From: a virus
Strand: one strand, 5' to 3'
Virus record (IMG/VR): IMGVR_UViG_3300029805_000004
Length of the DNA stretch: 48,759 nucleotides
The position numbers and the translations under genes are program-made. The notes beneath the pieces were generated by a model. The model made no database searches. It worked only from the letters and a program-made list of their open reading frames with translations, and was not told the DNA's origin. Shown here piece by piece: positions 36,436 to 43,917 of the stretch; the first letter of the stretch is position 1; each line of letters opens with the position of its first letter.

Positions 36436-36584
36436 TGAAGTGCATAGTGATAGTCATCTTCGCTGCATTGATAGTGGTACTGGCGGGATGCAGTCCTACT
36501 TACATCGACGTGCATAATAATTCTGGTGATGTAGTTATTGATGCGTCCAAAACCTTTCCTGTAAATGCTAAAGCTGGATTATGA
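36435..36584 (+). CDS. 49-aa lipoprotein (signal peptide plus LAGC lipobox)
   Basis: Below the track cutoff. GGAGG lies 6 nt before ATG 36435. Sequence MKCIVIVIFAALIVVLAGCSPTYIDVHNNSGDVVIDASKTFPVNAKAGL. Coupled by TAATG upstream and ATGA downstream. Confidence 0.65.
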   Translation: MKCIVIVIFAALIVVLAGCSPTYIDVHNNSGDVVIDASKTFPVNAKAGL

Positions 36585-36925
36585 ACCTTACATCCTCACA
36601 GACCTATAAGGACGCGACACCAGCAGAGCGTGACGCTGTCTGCAACGGCTGTGGTAGCAAAGGGTTTGGTGGCTGGGTGATACCTGACACTATTTACTTC
36701 CTGAGTATAAAGGATGTCTGTGATATCCACGATTGGGATTACGGTGAAGGTGTGACGCTGGCAGATAAAGGCGCGGCTGACCGACGAATGTATAACAACA
36801 TGCTGCGTAAGATTGAAGTGTCCGCTAAGTGGCTTAGACCAGCACGAAGGTGGCGTGCTAATACCTATTATGTAGCAGTCAAAAAACTAGGCGGACCCGC
36901 TTATTGGGAGGGTAAAGATGGATGA
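36581..36925 (+). CDS. phospholipase A2-like (HDxxY) protein, 114 aa
   Basis: CDIHDWDYGEG, AADRRMYNNM and TYYVAVKKLGG parallel the CxRHDFGYxN / D..F..DM / YY.AV..G pattern of prokaryotic/group XIV PLA2 as I recall it. A DUF1353-type HDxxY family is an alternative. Confidence 0.5.
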   Translation: MNLTSSQTYKDATPAERDAVCNGCGSKGFGGWVIPDTIYFLSIKDVCDIHDWDYGEGVTLADKGAADRRMYNNMLRKIEVSAKWLRPARRWRANTYYVAVKKLGGPAYWEGKDG

Positions 36926-37091
36926 CATGCAGCAAAAGCAAATCATTATTGAACCTACTATTATTATAAAAAATAATACTGAAGCAGGTTTGTTTGAGTG
37001 GACGGCATGGATTCTTATTCCACTGCTAACCCTGTACGTTACGTGGCGCTTGTTTCATAAGAAGCATAACGACAAAGACAAAGGTGAGTGA
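36918..37091 (+). CDS. 57-aa single-TM protein, holin candidate
   Basis: Below the track cutoff. TM segment WTAWILIPLLTLYVTWRLF followed by a charged tail HKKHNDKDKGE. Overlaps both neighbours and lies directly upstream of the endolysin. Confidence 0.5.
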   Translation: MDDMQQKQIIIEPTIIIKNNTEAGLFEWTAWILIPLLTLYVTWRLFHKKHNDKDKGE

Positions 37092-37462
37092 TGGGTGACA
37101 TGACAAAAAATTTATCCCGCAAAGAGATAGCCTGCAAGTGTGGTTGTGGCTTCGACACCATTGACCATGAGACTGCACGCATTTTGCAGGAGACTTGCAA
37201 CCACTACGCGAACGTCATGGGTATCAAGAAAGTGGTGGTCAGTATCGGTAGCGGTTGCCGCTGTGAGGACCACAACAAAGCAGTAGGTGGTGGTAAAAAT
37301 TCCCAGCATCTAAAAGGACGAGCAATAGATTTCACAATCTCAGGAGTTAATTCAGAGTTAGTGTATAAATATTTGAATGAAAAATACCCGGACCAATACG
37401 GCATGGGTCGTTATACTAGCTTCACCCACTTTGATTCAAGACCAGTCAAAGCACGTTGGTAA
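37091..37462 (+). CDS. endolysin, peptidase M15 (zinc D-Ala-D-Ala carboxypeptidase-like) family
   Basis: SGCRCEDHNKAVGGGKNSQHLKGRAIDF...FTHFD matches the M15 H-x6-D ... H signature. No signal peptide. Confidence 0.85.
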   Translation: MGDMTKNLSRKEIACKCGCGFDTIDHETARILQETCNHYANVMGIKKVVVSIGSGCRCEDHNKAVGGGKNSQHLKGRAIDFTISGVNSELVYKYLNEKYPDQYGMGRYTSFTHFDSRPVKARW

Positions 37463-37481
37463 TAATAATAAAGGATTGACA

Positions 37482-37820
37482 ATGGCTTCACCTGAAGAGT
37501 GCCTTACGTTTAAGCAGCAGCTTAATGATCTGACAACTCATATAGAAAAAAGGTACACCGCTGTGCATGAACACATACGTGAATTGCGTGAAGATTTCAG
37601 TGACCATCTTGAGATTCAGGAAGATCGTCATCGTGAGAACATGGCGTCACGTGCTCATAACACCAAGGCCATTGAGACTTTGACGGACAACACGAAGGGT
37701 ATGGTCGATGCGTGGAAAACGATTGCCAACTTGGTTAAGTTTGTTGTGGTTATCGCAACCGTGTTGGGTTCAACAGCCGCTATCCATACCGCGCTGCAAC
37801 ACTTCAATCTGATTACATGA
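37482..37820 (+). CDS. coiled-coil protein with C-terminal TM anchor (112 aa), last gene of the rightward arm
   Basis: AAGGA lies 6 nt before ATG 37482; the track start 37377 overlaps the endolysin. C-terminal LVKFVVVIATVLGSTAAIHTAL. Confidence 0.55.
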   Translation: MASPEECLTFKQQLNDLTTHIEKRYTAVHEHIRELREDFSDHLEIQEDRHRENMASRAHNTKAIETLTDNTKGMVDAWKTIANLVKFVVVIATVLGSTAAIHTALQHFNLIT

Positions 37821-39294
37821 AGGTTAGTTCAGCACTGGCCTGACCATCCCGGTAACGCTGGATAGAATCCTTCAATCCTTTCTCATCGTCAGCCTTACGC
37901 ATGATGGCGTCAGCGACAGCCATATCCAGTGAGTCATTGACTAAAATTCTAATGATGCTGACCGGGTTGGATTGACCGTTGCGATCTAATCGTCCGTTCA
38001 TTTGCAGGTACAATTCCAGTGACCAGTTCAGGCCAAACCAGACGATGATAGATCCACTGTCTTGCAGTCCATCAATACCATGGCCCATGCTGGCGGGATG
38101 ACCTATCAACAATTTGATTTTCCCCGCGTTCCAATTATCAATTATCTTCGCGGTGTGACTACTCTTCTCAGCCGTCAGGTTCACAGGTTTGTACTTCTTG
38201 AACCGGGTCATGATACGTTCAGCGTCAGCCTTGTACGCATACGATAACAGCACCGGCTGACCACCCACTTCTTCAAGGATATCTTCAAGCGCATCCAGCT
38301 TGGCGTCATGCAGTTTTTCCCACGTGCCATCCAAGTCGGTGTACGGTGAACCGTTACATATCTGCAAACACTTATTGCCTACGCTGGCCTTGGTGAATAC
38401 TTCAAGCTCGGTCCCGCTGTCCAACTCGGTGAACATCTTGGCTTCCATTTCTTCATAGTGCTTCCGGGCCTTGGCTGGTAGGTCCACCATGATGTTAGTC
38501 TCACGTACAGGCGGCAGGTCCAAGTAATCTTTACTGTCCATCTTCACGGTGATGTCAGATATCTTGTGCTCAATCCACTGCTTACCGATGGGTGTCACTG
38601 AGTAGCCGTAGCCATTGTAGTTACCAGCGAAGTAAGCATCCCGGTAGTGGGTGACAAATTTCCCCAAGCGTTCACCGCCATCAATGGCAAGGTACTGACC
38701 AAACAAATCTATGTAGCCGTTGCTTGCCGGGGTCCCGGTTAAGCCGGTGCTGTAGGCAAACAGGTCCATGATTTTACGCCAGCCAATTACCTTGACCATG
38801 GTCGTTTCTTCAGTGCGCTTGTCTTTGACTTCACGCTTGCCACCTTTCATACGCATGGACTCAGAATTTTTTAGCTTGGTGACTTCATCATAGACTGCCA
38901 TTTGAAATGGGATGGGCTTACCCTGCTTGATGTAATAGGTCTGCAAGACTTCCACCAACCAGTTCATATTCTCATAGTTGCACAGGTAGATATCTGCTTC
39001 CCGGAACAACTTACGCTTGCGGGTCGCTGGTGTACCACTGAGCACCATGCAGCGAAGATGCTCAGTATGGGTCCACTTCTTTGATTCGCGTTCCCATACG
39101 GCATTGATGACACGCTTGGGGCCAAAGATTAAGGTCTTATGTACCAGACCTGCACGCATCCTATCGACGATGGTGGTCAGGGTGATGACAGTTTTGCCAA
39201 GGCCAACACCTAACCACAACATTGAATCCGGGTGGATCAGTTGATGGTTGATGGCTGCTTTCTGGTAGTCGTATAACTCTTGTGGTCTAAGCAT
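37813..39294 (-). CDS. SNF2-family helicase
   Basis: GVGLGKTV (motif I), YDEVTKL (II), LTGTPASNGYIDLF (III) and QMNGRLDRNGQ (VI). Confidence 0.85.
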   Translation of the reverse strand: MLRPQELYDYQKAAINHQLIHPDSMLWLGVGLGKTVITLTTIVDRMRAGLVHKTLIFGPKRVINAVWERESKKWTHTEHLRCMVLSGTPATRKRKLFREADIYLCNYENMNWLVEVLQTYYIKQGKPIPFQMAVYDEVTKLKNSESMRMKGGKREVKDKRTEETTMVKVIGWRKIMDLFAYSTGLTGTPASNGYIDLFGQYLAIDGGERLGKFVTHYRDAYFAGNYNGYGYSVTPIGKQWIEHKISDITVKMDSKDYLDLPPVRETNIMVDLPAKARKHYEEMEAKMFTELDSGTELEVFTKASVGNKCLQICNGSPYTDLDGTWEKLHDAKLDALEDILEEVGGQPVLLSYAYKADAERIMTRFKKYKPVNLTAEKSSHTAKIIDNWNAGKIKLLIGHPASMGHGIDGLQDSGSIIVWFGLNWSLELYLQMNGRLDRNGQSNPVSIIRILVNDSLDMAVADAIMRKADDEKGLKDSIQRYRDGQASAELTFM

Positions 39295-39850
39295 TTTTCA
39301 TTTCATCCCGGTTGACCCATGATAAACGTGTGACACTATCTTCACTGAAGGGGTTGAACACCACGAAGCAGGACCCGCGTGTGTTGCCTGATATCTCATC
39401 ACCTATCTCAATGTGCTTGTCAGGCTTACCCTTCTTACCTTTGACGGTGAAATCTTCAGGTGCGATGAATGATAAGCGACCATTGATGAAGATGATTTCA
39501 TGCGCTTTGCCAAAGATATATTCCCGGTACGCATCTTCACCATTAGGTGTGGGCAGCAGGAACACAGTAGCAAAACCCAGCAGTGATTCAGCATAGGCTT
39601 TTTCTAACCACGGCTTCACGTTTGAATAGGGTGGATTGCACCAGCCGGTATCACCCAGCGTATGCCAGTCTTGCTTCAGGCCATCCATCGCTTCATCAAA
39701 ATGTAACATGCACTTGCTTGATATGACGTCAGCGGCAAGGTCGATGTTAAATTTATACGTGCCATCAATCCAGTCGAATACATATTGCGGTGTGCGCAGG
39801 CGGTCCCGCAATGACAATGGGGTGTTGCTTGATTGCTGCTGACTAGCCAT
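39287..39850 (-). CDS. dam: phage-type DNA N6-adenine methyltransferase (Dam family)
   Basis: TPQYVFDWI...FNIDLAA...WCNPPYS...FINGRLSF. ATG 39850 lies 1 nt after the upstream stop and is preferred over 39883. Confidence 0.8.
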   Translation of the reverse strand: MASQQQSSNTPLSLRDRLRTPQYVFDWIDGTYKFNIDLAADVISSKCMLHFDEAMDGLKQDWHTLGDTGWCNPPYSNVKPWLEKAYAESLLGFATVFLLPTPNGEDAYREYIFGKAHEIIFINGRLSFIAPEDFTVKGKKGKPDKHIEIGDEISGNTRGSCFVVFNPFSEDSVTRLSWVNRDEMKNA

Positions 39851-39851
39851 A

Positions 39852-40064
39852 TTATCTTTCCCCATGCTGAAGTTTATCGACATACGCAGCCTTGGTCCTA
39901 CCTACTGCTCGGCATGAGAAGCACCGTACTGTCGAGTAGTCTGAGGACTCGCCACCATATCGAACGAAGGTGCTGTTATTCCACTTGTACGTTAGGATGA
40001 ACCAGTTCCGTTTCGTCACCGGCTTCTTCCTTTCTGGACATTTACAATTAAAAGCATTAGCCAT
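39852..40064 (-). CDS. 70-aa Cys-containing (zinc-ribbon-like) protein
   Basis: CKCP...CFSC. Overlaps the VRR-NUC stop by 8 nt. Confidence 0.55.
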   Translation of the reverse strand: MANAFNCKCPERKKPVTKRNWFILTYKWNNSTFVRYGGESSDYSTVRCFSCRAVGRTKAAYVDKLQHGER

Positions 40065-40338
40065 TTTTTAATCCTTCAATAAACTTATCGACACCGAGCT
40101 TGCCAGCCACCCATGTGACGTTCGCACCGGCTGCACGAAGCCTGCTCATTTCACGCATTTGATGATCTTCAGGTACGTTACCCAGCGTCTTGACTTCAAC
40201 GAACCAGACGTCACCAAGGATAACTATCTGGTCGGTGACGCCGGGGTGTCCGGGGCTGGTCCACTTGCGAGTGATGCCACCGAGCTTTTCAACTTCAGTA
40301 GACAGATATCTTTCAACCGTGTTTTCAGCTTTACCCAT
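40057..40338 (-). CDS. VRR-NUC domain nuclease
   Basis: ERYL...GGITRKWTSPGHPGVTDQIVIL...FVEVKT...Q...LRAAG is the PD-(D/E)xK VRR-NUC pattern. ATG 40338 with a GGGGA RBS is preferred over TTG 40359. Confidence 0.75.
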   Translation of the reverse strand: MGKAENTVERYLSTEVEKLGGITRKWTSPGHPGVTDQIVILGDVWFVEVKTLGNVPEDHQMREMSRLRAAGANVTWVAGKLGVDKFIEGLKNG

Positions 40339-41257
40339 TGTCAAATTCCCCGGCTGCAAGTTTGTCTTTTATGGTATCCCAATGCTCATGCAATCCACCG
40401 AGCGCATTAGATACATCACTCTCTTCAGCCTCAACATCTTCCCAAATACTATGGTCAATGCAACTGCGAATTTCATCGGTGATTAAATCGGTCATCACAT
40501 CTAAGTCCAAGGCGTCTAACTCCCAAGAACTGTGACCATGTTCTGCGATGTAATCTTGAGCGCGACTGTCTGTTAATTTAGTCGGGTTAGGTGGTGGATC
40601 ATACTGGTCAATCTGGTCACGGTTTAATGCGATGCGACGGACTTCAATTTCACCGGGGCCAGCACGACTTAACAACTGAAGTCTGTCAGCATTGTCGCGG
40701 GTCATATCAATACCACTTGGGTCATGATCACCAAGGTGAATAAGAACACAGTCCTTACCTTCAGCAATCTTATCTTCAAAGCGTTGACCCGCACGCCATG
40801 CTTCCGATGCTGACAGATATCCTTTGCAACTCATGTGCGGTACAAGCCATGGTTCACACGCTTTAGCGATGACGTTACCGAGTGCTTCTTTCTCGACCCA
40901 CACTTCAACATAGTAGGATTGACGTTCCCACTGGTCAAAGCGTATGTAGTTTGGAAGGTTGGCAATTAAACCGTACTCATCTTCCCGCGTCCAGAACGTG
41001 TTGTGTTCCCGGTTGCGATCTTCAATAGCTTCCCATGACACCATGCCTGCAAGTCGTGCCTTGGTGATGAGCGTGCCTAAATTTTTATAACTGCGCTCAG
41101 TATTAGGAATGATGTCTCGCGCTACGAACTGGTAGTAAAGCTGACGCAGTGTGAGCGTGAATCCTTTGATGGAATACTCAGCGATTATAGCGTTAGCTGC
41201 ATCAACAAGGTCCTGACTCTTTTGTGTGGGACTCCAATCTTTATAATGTATTTTCAT
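40331..41257 (-). CDS. Topo VI subunit A / Spo11-like protein (5Y-CAP plus Toprim), 'Mini-A'-type
   Basis: LTLRQLYYQFV (Arg and Tyr of the 5Y-CAP), VWVEKEAL (Toprim Glu) and LGDHDPSG (DxD). ATG 41257 is ATGA-coupled to the upstream mini-ORF; an alternative start is 41272. Confidence 0.65.
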   Translation of the reverse strand: MKIHYKDWSPTQKSQDLVDAANAIIAEYSIKGFTLTLRQLYYQFVARDIIPNTERSYKNLGTLITKARLAGMVSWEAIEDRNREHNTFWTREDEYGLIANLPNYIRFDQWERQSYYVEVWVEKEALGNVIAKACEPWLVPHMSCKGYLSASEAWRAGQRFEDKIAEGKDCVLIHLGDHDPSGIDMTRDNADRLQLLSRAGPGEIEVRRIALNRDQIDQYDPPPNPTKLTDSRAQDYIAEHGHSSWELDALDLDVMTDLITDEIRSCIDHSIWEDVEAEESDVSNALGGLHEHWDTIKDKLAAGEFDNG

Positions 41258-41406
41258 GTCACCCGGTCCCATACATGATTCAAAATGTAAGACTCATTTT
41301 CTGACAGTGGACCAGTCAGGTTTTCCACAAACTTTAATTCCCAATCCGTCAGGTCATGCTTACGGTTGATGCAGTCATCAATCATCACTTCATGTTCTTC
41401 GTTCAC
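41254..41406 (-). CDS. 50-aa mini-protein (GTG start)
   Basis: AGGAG lies 6 nt before GTG 41406, just after the polymerase stop. Sequence MNEEHEVMIDDCINRKHDLTDWELKFVENLTGPLSENESYILNHVWDRVT. Confidence 0.45.
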   Translation of the reverse strand: MNEEHEVMIDDCINRKHDLTDWELKFVENLTGPLSENESYILNHVWDRVT

Positions 41407-41407
41407 T

Positions 41408-43408
41408 TCACTCTCCTCTTAATGGCAACACTAACTTGTTCGCCTTATTGATGTAGTAATCGTAGTTGATACTTAACCCGTTGAGCATTTGGATATCATT
41501 GCAGATGGTCACAAGGAAGCCAGCTTCAACGGCACCGCGCCGGGTTGAGTAGACACTTTTGTTCTTGGTGTGAACACGTTCATCCCATACACCCTGTCCT
41601 ATCTCATCAATTACTTCCTGATAGATAGCGTCAGTCAGACCGTTGGCACGCTTAAACTGCCCTTCAGGTCCCGCTGGCGGCATAATTTTATTCAAAGGTT
41701 TACCGTCAGTGGTGACGACATACCGCACAATGTTTGGGACCGGCACATCAAGACCTTCAACCGACAGGGCCAGTGCTGCTGACCGTGGCACCTTGGTGTT
41801 GATCATGAAGTCACTGATATCAGAATGGTTACGGATGAAATCTTCAACGTCCTGACCATCGACCAGCGCAGCTTCAGCAGCCTTGGCAATTACCTGACTG
41901 GAAAAATTTTGATTCCAGTCGAAGTCATCACCGTAGCAGTACGTGCCTTTGCGCTTGAGTCCACCACCCTCATACTCAGCGATGTAGTTGTTGACGTTCA
42001 GGATCATCATGCGTGAGTACAGCACTTCTTCCAGTTCTAATTGAGTGACACCTTCCCACCATCCACACACACTGCGTAGGTGCTCAAGATATCCGCGTGG
42101 ACACTTGACGGTCATGCCATCGGTGTTGACTTGGATCATGGTCAGGCCGGGTATCTTAATCAGTTGTTCTGCCAGCATACATAGCATCAACTGACCGTTG
42201 ACCGTCGTCCCCATGGTGTACTTCGTATCATAGAAAGGACTGTACTTTGAATTGCTATCCCCGTACACCGAGTTCAGGGCCAACTTGAGCATCGCGTTCT
42301 CAGGTGTACCCTTCTTATATTTGCGACGTTCTTCATACACTTCAGTGTAGATATCACAGAAAATTTCAGGCAGATGTTCAGGCTTCATTCTGGTTTTCAT
42401 CGGTATGCGCGGGTAGTAACTTGCCACATCAACGTCCACTAATTGATACTCTTCATCACTGGTGACGGTGGTAGCGGTGATGCTGCCATGGATACCACCA
42501 AGACCAAAGTCATATTGGAAGCCATCCACTATGCAGTTGATATCTTCAAACACACCCTTAGTTTCAGTGATGCGCTGGGACCTGAACCATGCCACCATGC
42601 GTTGAAATTCTGGATGCTCAAGTTGCACGTAGTCGAAGATGACATCACCAAGGTCTACATACTCACGCTTGGTCTGACGGATGACGCGCTTGCCTGATGT
42701 CATATCGTAGCAGCATCCCGGCACCGCTTCTTCCAGCTTCATGATGAAGAAGTCCTTGCCTATCTTGCCGTCGTTATGATTGATGAAATTTTTGCCATAC
42801 TTCTCGGTCAGTTCTTCCCGGAATTTTATGGCGGGTAATGTTTCAAAGTAGAACATTTCAGTGGCGTTGATGTCATACCAATTATAGACAATCAAGACAT
42901 CCATTTGTGCGTCAGTCAGGATGGTGCCGACTGGAAACGGTAGGTCCTCAACGCGGTCCATACCCATGTTAATTTCTAAAGTTTTCAGGCTGGTGGCCCG
43001 ACTGACATTATCAAAGTGGTGGATCTTAAACAGGTCCACTTGCTCAACGATGCAGTCATGGTCCCGGATGATATGTCTGAAGCGTTGGTTGTAGTGACCA
43101 TTGATGATCGACATCGCTTTTTCATATATCTCAGACACCGCTACAGCGATACCTTTTTCCATGATGTAATGCAGGACCGGGTAATCAAAACCGATTGAAT
43201 TGAAGCCGACGAAGCGACTTTTATAATCACTTATCGCTTCTACGAAATCCATCAACTGCACCACGTCATTGCGTCGCGTGCTGATTTCAAATAGGTATTG
43301 CTGACCAGTCTTAGGATTGCGAAAGGCAGCGGTGTAGATGTTGGGGTATGTTTCTTCATCCCATATCCAGTCACGCGGGTCAGCTATATCGGGGTACATG
43401 AAGTTCAT
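41408..43408 (-). CDS. family B DNA polymerase with 3'-5' exonuclease domain
   Basis: Exo I WDEET, Exo II FNSIGFDYPVL, Exo III YNWYDINA. Pol motif A is DVASYYP, motif B is KLALNSVYG, and motif C is VNTDGM. Confidence 0.85.
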   Translation of the reverse strand: MNFMYPDIADPRDWIWDEETYPNIYTAAFRNPKTGQQYLFEISTRRNDVVQLMDFVEAISDYKSRFVGFNSIGFDYPVLHYIMEKGIAVAVSEIYEKAMSIINGHYNQRFRHIIRDHDCIVEQVDLFKIHHFDNVSRATSLKTLEINMGMDRVEDLPFPVGTILTDAQMDVLIVYNWYDINATEMFYFETLPAIKFREELTEKYGKNFINHNDGKIGKDFFIMKLEEAVPGCCYDMTSGKRVIRQTKREYVDLGDVIFDYVQLEHPEFQRMVAWFRSQRITETKGVFEDINCIVDGFQYDFGLGGIHGSITATTVTSDEEYQLVDVDVASYYPRIPMKTRMKPEHLPEIFCDIYTEVYEERRKYKKGTPENAMLKLALNSVYGDSNSKYSPFYDTKYTMGTTVNGQLMLCMLAEQLIKIPGLTMIQVNTDGMTVKCPRGYLEHLRSVCGWWEGVTQLELEEVLYSRMMILNVNNYIAEYEGGGLKRKGTYCYGDDFDWNQNFSSQVIAKAAEAALVDGQDVEDFIRNHSDISDFMINTKVPRSAALALSVEGLDVPVPNIVRYVVTTDGKPLNKIMPPAGPEGQFKRANGLTDAIYQEVIDEIGQGVWDERVHTKNKSVYSTRRGAVEAGFLVTICNDIQMLNGLSINYDYYINKANKLVLPLRGE

Positions 43409-43581
43409 TTATTTTCCACCACCATTTCAAATCCCAAAGGCAATAAGGCATTAACATCCTTCACGGTCAGGACCTTGTTCTGGTACAGGATTTCAATCAA
43501 TTCGCTGACACTGATTTGGTCATTGACATGGCTGAGATCGTATTGACGATGTCCGTCATCGGTATAGGTTTGAATATTCAT
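43405..43581 (-). CDS. 58-aa hypothetical protein
   Basis: GAGGAGattaaaATG at 43581; the track start TTG 43605 is less likely. ATGA overlap with the polymerase start. Confidence 0.5.
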   Translation of the reverse strand: MNIQTYTDDGHRQYDLSHVNDQISVSELIEILYQNKVLTVKDVNALLPLGFEMVVENK

Positions 43582-43662
43582 TTTAATCTCCTCTCTTAAT
43601 AGCAATGGCAGCTAAGACTTTACACAAAAAGGATGCCAATCCCGTCCTAACTACCATTACTA

Positions 43663-43917
43663 TTATTTGTGGACCACCCAATTGCCGCCATCTAAATTTT
43701 TAACCATCACAAAAGGCACCTTGCTATTGGTGTCGTGGCCCGTGAGCACTATTTGATTTTCACCATTGCCGGTGTATCTCACTACTTGCCAGTCATCGTT
43801 AATGGCAACGTCGAATGAAGTGATTTTCTCCTCAACTAATTCCGCGACCTTGGTCTTGGCTAGTATTGGTAGTGATATCACCCCCAGCAAACCACCTAAA
43901 AATGAACGTCTTTTCAT
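43663..43917 (-). CDS. small exported protein with twin-arginine-like signal peptide (84 aa)
   Basis: MKRRSFLGGLLGVISLPILA-KT. GGGGGA RBS. ATGA-coupled to the upstream membrane-protein gene. Confidence 0.6.
   Translation of the reverse strand: MKRRSFLGGLLGVISLPILAKTKVAELVEEKITSFDVAINDDWQVVRYTGNGENQIVLTGHDTNSKVPFVMVKNLDGGNWVVHK

Noticed and set aside
43626-43642. aaaaaggatgccaatcc (minus strand GGATTGGCATCCTTTTT) considered as a terminator between minus-strand genes
   Set aside because: Only a 4-bp stem (GGAT/ATCC). This is too weak to call.
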